DNA of 64,000 nucleotides. It comes from Alphaproteobacteria bacterium. Its GTDB lineage: Bacteria > Pseudomonadota > Alphaproteobacteria > MPNO01. The DNA lies in the NCBI GenBank assembly GCA_965248835.1, contig CBDFLJ010000002.1:480001-544000 (forward strand). The letters run 5' to 3'. Every line of letters starts with the position of its first letter. Positions within the stretch are counted from its first letter, which is position 1. Shown here piece by piece: positions 10,636 to 20,005 of this stretch. A program made the position numbers and the translations under genes. The notes below the pieces were generated by a model, which had not been told where the DNA came from, ran no database searches, and saw only the letters and a program-made list of their open reading frames with translations.

Positions 10636-11822
10636 TAGTCACCTGGAACTGAAGTAAATTGCACTATATGATGGCCATCGTCGTTGGGCTTTGGAGGTGT
10701 TTGCGATGGTGCGTGGCGTTGGCCGGCCGGTTGCGGCTTTGGTTCTGAGCGATGCAGAACGGTCGTATCTCGAGCGTCAGCTCCGCCGTCGCCAGATCGC
10801 GCGCGCGGTGTCGGACCGCTGCCGCATGATCCTGCGTTGCGCGGCTGGTCTGACCAACAAGGCGGTCGCTGCCGAGCTCGGCGTGCACGAGCACACGGTC
10901 GGCAAGTGGCGCCGCCGCTTCCTGAAGGACCGCATCGACGGACTGTCGGATGAGCCTCGGCCGGGGCGGCCGCGGACCATCGAGGATGATCAAGTGGCAC
11001 AGGTCATTGAACGGACGCTCAACGCGACGCCGGCGGATGCGACCCATTGGTCGCTCCGCTCGATGGCCCGGGAGACCGGGCTGTCGCACACGACGATCCG
11101 GCGCATCTGGACGGCCTTCGGGTTGCAGCCGCACCGCTCGCAGACCTTCAAACTGTCGAGCGATCCGCTGTTCGTCGACAAGGTCCGCGACATCGTCGGG
11201 CTCTATCTGTCGCCGCCGGACCGCGCGCTGGTGCTCTGTGTCGATGAAAAGAGCCAGATCCAGGCCCTCGACCGCGAACAGCCGGTGTTGCCGATGATGC
11301 CGGGCATGGCCGAGCGGCGGACGTACAATTACGTCCGGCACGGGACGACCTCGCTGTTCGCCGCCCTCGATGTCGCCACGGGCTTCGTCATCGGCAAGTG
11401 CTACAGGCGCCACCGGGCCAGGGAGTTCCTCGACTTTCTGAAGCAGATCGACGCCCGCGTCCCCGAGGATCTCGACATCCACATCGTCATGGACAACTAC
11501 GCCACCCACAAGACCGCCGCGATCAGAGCCTGGCTGGCGCGGCGGCCGCACTATCATGTCCACTTCACGCCGACCTCGGCCTCCTGGATCAACCAGGTCG
11601 AGCGCTGGTTCGCCGAATTGACGCGCAAGCAACTGCGACGCGGCGTTCATACCTCGACGAAGCAGCTCGAAGCCGACATCCGCGCCTTCATCGAAAAACA
11701 CAACGAAGACCCCAAGCCCTTCAAATGGACCAAATCAGCCGACGACATCCTCGCCGCCGTCAAACGCTTCTGCCTCCGCGTCGATCAAAACTTATGCCAC
11801 CAACTTTAGATTCGGGTGACTA
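10636..11822 (+). mobile_element. IS630-family element 4 (single-ORF transposase 10706-11809)
   Basis: TIRs tagtcacctggaactgaagt / actttagattcgggtgacta; CVDEKSQIQ, MDNYATHK, PTSASWINQVE motifs. Confidence 0.94.
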
Positions 11823-11893
11823 GTTCGGTTGTAGTCGGCGGAGCAAGAGTGCTCCGCACGAGGCGGCCGGGTAGTCCGGCGGCTACACCATCC

Positions 11894-13555
11894 AGACCGT
11901 GTGAAAACTCTGGGTGGCGGGGGATTCCGTGTGTCTCATGGCGATGTTAGGGTCCGCCATGAGACACATTCCTGGCATTGACCGCTCTCAGGTTCTGCTT
12001 CTGCCGGAAGCAGTGGACGATTACGTGGGCCGGGATAACCCGGTCCGTTTCATCGATGCCTTCGTGGATGGTTTGGACCTGGCGGCCGCTGGTTTCGAGC
12101 GCGCCGCGCCGAAGGCGACAGGTCGTCCCGGCTACGATCCGGCGGACCTGCTGAAGCTCTACATATACGGCTATCTCAATCGGGTACGTTCGAGCCGCCG
12201 GCTGGAGGCTGAGAGCAAGCGTAATCTCGAAGTGATCTGGCTGTTGCGGCGTTTGTCGCCGGACTTCAAGACGATCGCCGATTTCCGGAGGATCAATCGG
12301 GCGGCCTTCCGACAGGTGTTTCGGGAGTTCGTGAGGCTATGCCGCGAACTGGAGCTGTTCGGTCGCGAGCTGGTGGCGGTTGACGGTACACGGATCAAGG
12401 CAGTGAACAGCCGGAAGCGGAACTTCACCAAAGCGAAGCTGGAGAAGGCGTTGGCCGAGAGCGACGAGAGGTTGTCGCGTTATCTCGACCGGCTCGACGA
12501 GGCCGACGGGCAAGACGAGGGCGGCGCCGGCGGCGGCGAGGTGGAGAATATCCAGGAGAAGATCGCTGCGATCCAAGGGCGGCGTGAGCGGTTTGAGGAA
12601 CATCGAGACGCACTGGCTGCGAGTGGCGAGGGCCAGCTCTCTTTGACGGATCCGGACAGCCGGGCGATGTACGCCGAGACCCGGGTCGGTGTCGGCTACA
12701 ACATTCAGATCGCCGTGGACGCCAAGCACAAACTGATCGCCGAGCAGCAGGTCCATAACAAGGTCAGCGATCTCGGTCTATTGGCCGAGACGGCGGTGGT
12801 GGCCCGTCGGAACCTGGCCGTCGATCGGATCGACGCGGTCGCCGACGCGGGCTACTTCAAGATCGAGGATATCGAGGCCTGCGAGAATGCCGGCGTCGTG
12901 CCGCATGTGCCCAAGCCCCAGCGCGGATCCACGGTGAGCCAGGGGCTCTTTCCCAAGGAACGCTTCCGCTATGACGGCGGCGAGGACATTTACATCTGCC
13001 CCGACGGCCAACGCCTGGCGCTACACAGCAAGCGCAAGCGCCGCGATCTCATCTTCGCCAGTTACGCCAATCGCGCCGCGTGCAAGGAGTGCCAACTCAA
13101 GTCGAAGTGTACGAAAAGCGCCTTCCGTCGGGTCCTGCGCTATGTCGACGAAGCGATCCTGGAGCGCATGGCAGAACGATTGGCGGCCCGCCCGGAGCTG
13201 CTCGATGCGCGCCGTGAAAGCGTCGAGCATCCCTTCGGCTCAATCAAACAATGGATGGGCCAGGGTGCCTTCCTGACCCGGCGGCTGGAGAACGTGCGCG
13301 GCGAGTTCAGCATCACGGCGCTGGCTTACAACATCCGCCGCGCGATCTCTCTGGTAGGTGTTCCCGCCTTGATCGCCGCCGCGAGGGCATGAGACAGGAA
13401 TCAGGCCAAAATCGAGCGCCGCACATCGATCCATGGAGGCCTGGAGCCCCTTCCACAGGGCTACCGGCGCCAAACCGCCAGATTACGTGGGATCGCCGCA
13501 AATCATGGTTACCTAAACCTCCATCCCCGCCCCCGCCCGAGTTTTCACACGGTCT
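11894..13555 (+). mobile_element. IS1182-family element (transposase 11959-13392)
   Basis: TIR agaccgtgtgaaaactc; GRPGYDP, SSRRLE, PDFKTIADFR, VDGTRIKA, ADAGY, RRESVEHPFG motifs. Confidence 0.93.
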
Positions 13556-13759
13556 GGATGGTGTAGCCGCCGGTGAACCCGTGCATGTCCCCAAGGCGTT
13601 CGAAGATAAGCTGCGCCGATCCATCCCGGCGCCGTGAAGTCCTGCCGCGAGATCGGAATCGAGGTGCCGGAGCGCTTGCCGCGCAGGCGGCCGTTTCCGA
13701 ATGGGTGCAACAGTGGACCGGGGGAGAGGGCATCATTCCCCCGGCGATGAGGAGTCGCC

Positions 13760-14842
13760 ATGGGCGATCGCCGGATCGAAGACGCGCGCCGGGCCACCAA
13801 CCCGGTGTTCAACGACCGCAAGCTCAAGCTCGGGACGTTCGGCACCAATGTCTCCAACGCATGCTCGATGACCACCATCGAAGGGCGCTATGAGCCGACC
13901 TGGCCCAACACCCTTGCGATCGCCCGACTGGCCGATGCGATGGAGTTCGAGGCCATGGTGCCGGTCGCCCGCTGGAAGGGCTTCGGCGGCGCGACCGACT
14001 TCAACGGCCGCAACTTCGAGGTCTACACCTGGGCGGCCGGGCTCGGCGCCTCGACCCGGCACGCCAGCATCATGGCGACGTCCCACGTGCCGACCGTCCA
14101 TCCCATCATGGCGGCCAAGCAGGCGACGACGATCGATCACATCACCGGCGGGCGGTTCTCGCTGAACATCGTCTGCGGCTGGTACCGGGACGAGCTCGAC
14201 ATGTTCGGTGCCCGCGCGCTCGAGCACGACGAGGCTTACGACTACGCCGCCGAGTGGCTCGATGTGATGCTGCGGCTGTGGACCGAAGGCGGCGCGTTCG
14301 ACCACGCCGGCAAGTATTTCACCATCGACCGAGCCGCGCATGCACCCAAGCCGATCCAGGCGCCGTGGCCCGCGCTGATGAACGCCGGCAAGTCGGTCAA
14401 GGGCCAGCACTTCGCGGCCAAGTACTGCGACCTCGCTTTCGTGGTCTATCAGAGCTACGACCTCGACGACATCGCCCGCATGGTGGAGGACTACCGCAGC
14501 CTTGCGCGCAACGAGTACGGCCGCGAGATCCAGGTCTGGAGCTACGCCTACGTGGTCCAGCGCGAGACCGAGGCCGAGGCGCGGGACTACCTGAACCACT
14601 ACGTCCTGGAGAAGGGCGATCGCGAGGCGTGCACGAACCTCCTGACCAGCGTCGGCGTGCCGATGGACAAGATGCCGGGCGACACGTTGGAAGAAGCGAT
14701 GTTTCACTTCATGGCGGGATGGCGCGGCTATACCGCGCAGCCGGCGGACTATCAGTCCTATGCCGATTTCGGGCGCGATGGCCGCGAACGGTGCGAATCC
14801 TACCGCGCCCCGCCCCGACCGATGCCGACGGTCCAGCCATGA
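13760..14842 (+). pseudogene. LLM-class flavin-dependent monooxygenase, C-terminus replaced by phage sequence from about 14727
   Basis: PVARWKGFG and HPIMAAKQATTIDHITGGRFSLNIVCGW motifs; from 14727 the DNA matches the phage gene at 37463 onward. Confidence 0.85.
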
Positions 14843-15111
14843 TCGATCCGGCACGCGGCTACTGGATCGCCGTCCACGACCGCGGCGGCCTGGTGTCCTG
14901 CTTCCATGCGACCTACGGCGCCTTGATGGGATCGCTCGCGGCGGCCGGCGCCTGCCGGGCGCGCTCCGACCTGATCGAGGTGATCGAGCGCCGCGCCGAT
15001 GGCGGCACGACGCGCCACGGGATCGGCGATGTGGACGCCTGGTGCCGCGAGCACGCGCCCGGCGAAGGCCGGCGCCCGGCGCCCGGCGCAGGGCAGGGGG
15101 CGGTGAGGTGA
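14839..15111 (+). CDS. Phage hypothetical protein, paralog of 37581-37865
   Basis: MIDPARGYWIAVHDRG start identical in both elements. Confidence 0.7.
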   Translation: MIDPARGYWIAVHDRGGLVSCFHATYGALMGSLAAAGACRARSDLIEVIERRADGGTTRHGIGDVDAWCREHAPGEGRRPAPGAGQGAVR

Positions 15112-15620
15112 CCGTCATCCACCCTCTGAAATTCCGCTGGGACGGGGCGGCGATGATCCCCCTGGTCGAGTCGGTCGCCGCGCGCCAATACGCGCTCGGT
15201 GCGACCTACCGCCTGGCGCCGTGGGAAGACCGCGCGCCGGCCGCTCACAACCACTACTTCGCCGCGATCCACGAGGGCTGGCGCAATCTCCCGGAGCGCT
15301 TCGTCGGACGTTGGCCGACTGCGGAGCACCTGCGGAGGGATCTGCTGATCCAGGTCGGCTATCGCGACGAGCGGTCGATCGTCTGCGCGTCGAAAGCCGA
15401 AGCGGTGCGGCTCGCCGGCTTCATCGCGCCGATGGACCGCTACGCGGTTATCGAGGCGCGCAATGCCGTCGTCACCGTCTACACCGCCAAGAGCCAGTCC
15501 ATGCGGGCGATGGGCAAGCAGGAATTCGCGGACAGCAAGCGCGAGGTGCTTGAACTTCTGTCCGAGATCATCGGCGTGTCGCAAGACGACCTGGAAGCAG
15601 ATGCAAGGATCTCGGCATGA
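15108..15620 (+). CDS. Phage protein, NinB/DUF1367-like (tentative), paralog of 37867-38379
   Basis: HNHYFAAI...W.NLPE and TAKSQS.RAMGK.EF..SKR.VL; GTG start overlapping upstream stop. Confidence 0.7.
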   Translation: MTVIHPLKFRWDGAAMIPLVESVAARQYALGATYRLAPWEDRAPAAHNHYFAAIHEGWRNLPERFVGRWPTAEHLRRDLLIQVGYRDERSIVCASKAEAVRLAGFIAPMDRYAVIEARNAVVTVYTAKSQSMRAMGKQEFADSKREVLELLSEIIGVSQDDLEADARISA

Positions 15621-15681
15621 ACCACCGCCCGTGGTAGAATGAAAGGGATTCGGTGACACCGATCGAACGAGGAGAATGATC

Positions 15682-16008
15682 ATGAGATTTGCCATGGTTT
15701 TCGCCGTGCTTGTGTTCATCGCTCAAGGCGCGCAAGCGCAACAAGCGTGCGACGTCTGGAACCAGGACACCTGCGATGACGATCTCCCCACCGCGAGCAA
15801 GTGCCTGAGTGCATTCGAGGACAGTTCGGCACGGCCAACATGCGTCGCGCCGTCCGCCAAGGTCGAGAGCGACTACAGGTGCACGGTCAGGGCCGGCTGT
15901 CGGAAAAGGAATTTCCAGGACTGGAAATGGTCCAAGATCACCGTCCGACACACGCGCGTCCCCGCCCTGCACAACTGTGACGGCACTCTCAAACTGGGAC
16001 TTTGCTGA
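15682..16008 (+). CDS. Secreted 8-Cys small protein 1, cyanovirin-N/CVNH-repeat-like (tentative)
   Basis: GAGGAG RBS, 19-aa Sec signal ending AQA, 8 Cys, C-terminal NCDGTLK. Confidence 0.85.
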   Translation: MRFAMVFAVLVFIAQGAQAQQACDVWNQDTCDDDLPTASKCLSAFEDSSARPTCVAPSAKVESDYRCTVRAGCRKRNFQDWKWSKITVRHTRVPALHNCDGTLKLGLC

Positions 16009-16013
16009 TCAAC

Positions 16014-16128
16014 CGCGGGCGCCAAGGCGAGGAAACCCGGCATGATGAACGACGGCGGACCGGCTTTTCCCAGCCCCGGATCGATGAGTCCCGACGGCAT
16101 CGGCCCTGATTGACCCGAAGACGGCATG
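16014..16128 (+). repeat. 115-bp inter-cassette direct repeat, copy 1
   Basis: Matches 16923-17037 with 3 mismatches; 16009-16061 is identical to 16518-16570. Confidence 0.95.
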
Positions 16129-16190
16129 AACGACCGCCCATGGTAGAATGGAAGGGATTCGGTGATACCGATCGAACGAGGAGAATCATC

Positions 16191-16517
16191 ATGAGATTTG
16201 CCTTGGTTTTCGCCGCGCTTGTGTTCATCGCTCAAGGCGCGCCAGCGCAAGGAGCGTGCGACCTCCCGGGCGTGGGCTCCTGCAATGAGGGAGCCCTCAC
16301 CTGGAGCAGATGCATGCGTTCGTTTGCGGATAGCCACGCAGCGCGAACATGCCTCGGGCCCTCCGTCGAGATCGTTAACAACTGGAACTGCAAATTCCGG
16401 GCTAGCTGTCCGAGAGATAATTTGGACGTCTGGAAATGGTCCGAGGTCACCGTGCGTCACCAGCGCGTCCGCACTATAAGAAATTGCGACGGCACTCTCA
16501 AAGAGTGGTCTTGCTGA
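16191..16517 (+). CDS. Secreted 8-Cys small protein 2, CVNH-repeat-like (tentative)
   Basis: Same RBS, signal peptide and Cys spacing as protein 1. Confidence 0.85.
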   Translation: MRFALVFAALVFIAQGAPAQGACDLPGVGSCNEGALTWSRCMRSFADSHAARTCLGPSVEIVNNWNCKFRASCPRDNLDVWKWSEVTVRHQRVRTIRNCDGTLKEWSC

Positions 16518-16570
16518 TCAACCGCGGGCGCCAAGGCGAGGAAACCCGGCATGATGAACGACGGCGGACC
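16518..16570 (+). repeat. Truncated 53-bp copy of the inter-cassette repeat
   Basis: Identical to 16009-16061. Confidence 0.95.
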
Positions 16571-16587
16571 AACCCAGGAGAATCGAA

Positions 16588-16917
16588 ATGAGATTTGCCA
16601 TCATCCTTGCGGCCCTTCTGTTCGTCGCTCAAGGCGCGCAAGCGGAAAACCCGTGTGATGTCCCGCGCCCAAGCAGCCTTTGCGACGGTGACAAGATCGG
16701 CGTCGTCATGTGCCTCATGGCTTTCGAAGACAGTCCGGCTCGGCACGACTGTTCCAGCCACACTGCCCGGGTCATCGGCAAGGACAAATGCAAGGTGAGG
16801 GCCACTTGCCAGAAAAGTGACGGGTATGCGTGGAATACGTCAGCAATCACTGTTCACCTCCAGCGCGTCGGCCATTTGAGGAACTGCGACGGCACGCTGA
16901 AAGACGGGGCCTGCTAA
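16588..16917 (+). CDS. Secreted 8-Cys small protein 3, CVNH-repeat-like (tentative)
   Basis: AGGAG RBS, signal ending AQA, VRATCQKSDGYAWNTSAI...NCDGTLK. Confidence 0.85.
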   Translation: MRFAIILAALLFVAQGAQAENPCDVPRPSSLCDGDKIGVVMCLMAFEDSPARHDCSSHTARVIGKDKCKVRATCQKSDGYAWNTSAITVHLQRVGHLRNCDGTLKDGAC

Positions 16918-16922
16918 TGAGG

Positions 16923-17037
16923 CGCGGGCGCCAAGGCGAGGAAACGCGGCATGATAAACGACGGCGGACCGGCTTTTCCCAGCCCCGGATCGATGAGTCC
17001 CGACGGCATCGGCCGTGATTGACCCGAAGACGGCATG
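16923..17037 (+). repeat. 115-bp inter-cassette direct repeat, copy 3
   Basis: Matches 16014-16128 with 3 mismatches. Confidence 0.95.
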
Positions 17038-17184
17038 CGCTTGCGCGGCTGGCTCGCGGGGCGGGTGTTGAGCGCCATCGTGTCCGGCGGCGCAAAACTG
17101 GATGAATGTCTTGTCTTTGCCCGCACCGCCTGCAGGGCGGCCGATGCGATGGTGGCGGCGTGGGACGAGGAACCGTCCGAATGA
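16951..17184 (+). pseudogene. Small phage protein relic (NDGGPAFP...GMxLRDxFA...ADAM family) with internal TGA
   Basis: Translates MINDGGPAFPSPGSMSPDGIGRD*PEDGMRLRGWLAG...AADAMVAAW. Confidence 0.65.
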
Positions 17185-17513
17185 CCCGCCGCATCCGGTT
17201 CCATCCCCGCGTCCATGCCGCGAGCGTGCGGCGTCAAGCCGGGTCCTGCGCCCGCGGCTGCGGCGAGGCGCCGGGCGACGACCCGCGCGAGATCCGGTAC
17301 GACCGTTTGATCCCGCTCCAGCCGGGCGGGGAGGACATTCCGGAGAACCTGCCGGCGCTGCGCCTCGAGCATCGCTTCCGGAACAACGCCCGCGAGGCGA
17401 AGGCCCGCGCCAGGGTGAAGCGCATCCGGCAACGCGAAGGGCTCATGAAGCGGCCCCTGCCGCGGCACGACAAGGCGCCGGCGGCGATTTTGCAAGGGCC
17501 GAGCGATGGATGA
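17181..17513 (+). pseudogene. Degenerate HNH endonuclease-like phage protein
   Basis: C..GC...YDRLIPLQPGGEDIPENL resembles DHxxPxxxGGxDxxxNL with the His replaced. Confidence 0.55.
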
Positions 17514-17685
17514 CGCGCCCGCACCCCTTATCGCCGCCGACACCCCGCTGCGCGATCTCCGCGCGCAGCAAGCCCAGCTCGCGTTACGCGCCGAAATATT
17601 CCCCGACGCGCGGACGGCCTGGGAAGCCGTCACGGCGCTGATCGCGGTCCGGCAAGCGCTGGCGGCGAGGGGAGGGGAGTCGTGA
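17506..17685 (+). CDS. Phage hypothetical protein, paralog of 38376-38594
   Basis: AADTPLRDLR...AVTALI shared with element B. Confidence 0.65.
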   Translation: MDDAPAPLIAADTPLRDLRAQQAQLALRAEIFPDARTAWEAVTALIAVRQALAARGGES

Positions 17686-17737
17686 TGCGTGGGGCCGTCA
17701 TCCCGGCTCCGGTCACCTCGCGGCGAGAGCCGGAGCG

Positions 17738-18016
17738 GTGACCGCGACCGCAGCCGTTCGGGAAAACCTGCCGCACTGGCCGCGGCTGTTGAGCCGCGAC
17801 CTGGCGGCGGCCTATGTCGGGCTGTCGGTGAACGCGCTCGAACAGCGGATCGGCGCGCCGTGGCCGGCGCCGATCCGCGTCGGCCGGCGCAAGCTCTACG
17901 ACCGCGACGCGCTCGACCGGGCGGTCGACGCCTTGACCCGCGCCGAGGCAAGCGCACCGGCGGAAAAGATCCGCCGCGAGCGCCGCCATGCAGGGGGTCG
18001 CGCTGCGCCACGTTAA
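17738..18016 (+). CDS. Excisionase-like HTH protein
   Basis: WPRLLSRDLAAAYVGLS...GRRKLYDR..LD; overlaps integrase start. Confidence 0.8.
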   Translation: MTATAAVRENLPHWPRLLSRDLAAAYVGLSVNALEQRIGAPWPAPIRVGRRKLYDRDALDRAVDALTRAEASAPAEKIRRERRHAGGRAAPR

Positions 18017-19007
18017 GCGGTACTGCGTCGCCGGCAAGGTCTACTGGTATCACCGGGAGACCGGGGAGCGGCTGTCCGAGGACGCGGACGACCGCGCCGC
18101 CCGCGTGCTGCACATCAACGCCACGCTCGACGGCTGGCGCGGCGCCGCGGTCCCCGGCTCGATCGGCGAGCTGATCGGCCGCTACAAGGCGAGCCCGGAT
18201 TTCACGCGCCTGGCGCCGTCGACCCGGCGCGGCTATGGAACCTATCTCGGCCTGCTCGAACGGTGTTTCGCCGACGATCCGGTCAGCGGCATCGACCGGG
18301 CCTGGCTCTACAAGGTGCGCGACAGCATGGCCGATGCGCCGCGCGCCGCCGATCTGCTGCTGTCGATCCTGTCGATCCTGCTCGGCTTCGCGGTCGATCG
18401 CGGCTGGCGTGCGGACAACCCGGCGGTGCGGATCAGGAAGCTGCGCGGCGGCAAGAGCTACGAGCCCTGGCCGGAGGCCGCGATCGCGCGGTTCCGCGCC
18501 GGCGCCGACAAGCGCATGGTGTGGGCGATGGAGCTGGCGCTCTATACCGGTCAGCGCCAATCGGACGTGCTGGCGATGCAATGGCATCACATCGAGGACG
18601 GGCTGATCTCGGTCGCCCAGCAAAAGACCGGCGAGCGGCTGGCGATCCCGATCCACCGCGACCTGGCATCGGTCCTCGATGCGATCCCGCGCGGCCACCT
18701 GTCGATCGTCCACACCGCGCGCGGCGCGCCCTACACGCCGTCGGGCTTCCGGGCCAGTTTTCGCAAGACGCTCGCCAGGCTCGGCCTCGCCGGGCTCCAG
18801 TTCCACGGGCTGCGCCACACCGCCGGTCAACTGCTCGCCGAGGCCGGCGCGACCGACCGGGAGCTGATGGCGATCCTCGGCCACCGGACGGCCGCGATGG
18901 TGACCAGATACACCCGCAAGGCCGACCAGGAACGGCTCGCCCGGTCGGCGATCGTCAAGCTCGAGACCAGAACGGGCGTGTCCAAGGCGCCCGATCGTGC
19001 GGTCTGA
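17988..19007 (+). CDS. int: Tyrosine recombinase / phage integrase (element A)
   Basis: TGQR, QKTG, HGLRH, LGH, TRY catalytic residues present. Confidence 0.93.
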   Translation: MQGVALRHVKRYCVAGKVYWYHRETGERLSEDADDRAARVLHINATLDGWRGAAVPGSIGELIGRYKASPDFTRLAPSTRRGYGTYLGLLERCFADDPVSGIDRAWLYKVRDSMADAPRAADLLLSILSILLGFAVDRGWRADNPAVRIRKLRGGKSYEPWPEAAIARFRAGADKRMVWAMELALYTGQRQSDVLAMQWHHIEDGLISVAQQKTGERLAIPIHRDLASVLDAIPRGHLSIVHTARGAPYTPSGFRASFRKTLARLGLAGLQFHGLRHTAGQLLAEAGATDRELMAILGHRTAAMVTRYTRKADQERLARSAIVKLETRTGVSKAPDRAV

Positions 19008-19054
19008 GCCGGTATTCGGCCGGCTGCTGCGCGAAAGGGACGGCTCGCGGCCGA

Positions 19055-19489
19055 CTACCGGTCGTGAGGCGGGTTTCGGGATGCCTGTATCTTGCGGATG
19101 CGTTCCGGCCATGTGGACCGGATATAGGCCAGGATGTCCCAGATCTCGTCGTCGGTCAGGACATCGCCGAGGCCCGGCATGCCGCTCTTGAACCGCGTGA
19201 TGCCCCGCGCCTCCATCAGGGCCTTGCCGCCGAGCTCGGTGTAGTCGAACAGAAGCCGGTTGTCGTGATGCCAGGTGTGGCCGGTTGCATCGTGCGGCGG
19301 CGCCGGCAGAACCCCGTCCTTTCCGATCTGCCGCCAGCTGGGCTGTCCTTCGAGCTTGTCGCCGTGACACGAGGCGCAGTGTTCCTTGTAGAGCACCTGC
19401 CCGTTCGCGAGGTCGCGGTCGTCGAGCTCGTCGCCCGCCAGCGCGGCGCCCGGTGACAGTAATGCGAGGGCCAGCAGCAAACGCTTCAT
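19055..19489 (-). CDS. Cytochrome c, copper-cluster associated type
   Basis: Signal peptide, CASCH haem motif, PAPPHDATGHTWHH, distal GMP. Confidence 0.88.
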   Translation of the reverse strand: MKRLLLALALLSPGAALAGDELDDRDLANGQVLYKEHCASCHGDKLEGQPSWRQIGKDGVLPAPPHDATGHTWHHDNRLLFDYTELGGKALMEARGITRFKSGMPGLGDVLTDDEIWDILAYIRSTWPERIRKIQASRNPPHDR

Positions 19490-19953
19490 GCGACCTCGAC
19501 CCATGTCTTCATGCCCGACGCCTGGTGGGCGAGGGTATGGCAGTGCAGCAGCCATTTGCCGGGGTTGTCGAACCCGCCGCGCATCTCTCCCGTCCTGGAC
19601 AGGCGCCAATCGTCCAGAACGACCGTGATGTCGCGGTCGATTCGGGGCGGGTTGCGTTCCTCGACGATCAACGGGCCGTACAGCCCCTTGGCCACCTGCT
19701 CCCAGGACCGGTGGTGGGCGTGGTACCAGTCGGTTCCGGCGTGGGGCACGACGAAGGCGTAGTCGAAGGTCTCGCCGGGTTCGACGGCCGCCTGCGTAAG
19801 GCCCGGCACACCGTCCATCGCGTTGTCGAGGTGGATGCCGTGCCAGTGGATGGCGGAGCCCTGGTCGATTCCGTTCTCGAACGCAACCGATATCCGGCCG
19901 CCCTGGCGGACGCGGATTTCGGGGCCTGGAGTCGACCCGTTGAACCCCAGCAT
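19486..19953 (-). pseudogene. Multicopper oxidase remnant with large internal deletion
   Basis: HWHG and WYHAH of domain 1 joined directly to C-terminal NPGKWLLHCH..AHQ..GM. Confidence 0.8.
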
Positions 19954-20005
19954 GCGTATAGGCCGTCGCCCTCGGGCAGTAAGCGCGCGGTGACGAGCTG
20001 CTCAC

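Noticed and set aside
15682-17037. CRISPR array or diversity-generating retroelement
   Set aside because: Repeats are 53-115 bp and separate whole genes. There are no cas or reverse transcriptase genes, and differences are not restricted to adenines.
15613-19007. Cys-protein array as an integron cassette array with the nearby tyrosine recombinase as IntI
   Set aside because: The spacers lack RYYYAAC/GTTRRRY attC ends and palindromic structure. The recombinase is a tRNA-targeting phage integrase preceded by xis.
16914-19370. 818-aa minus-strand ORF, and similar long ORFs at 41088-43130, 45878-47779, 49096-51192, 51256-53622 and 59277-61781
   Set aside because: Antisense or off-frame shadows of real genes in high-GC DNA, with no recognisable motifs.
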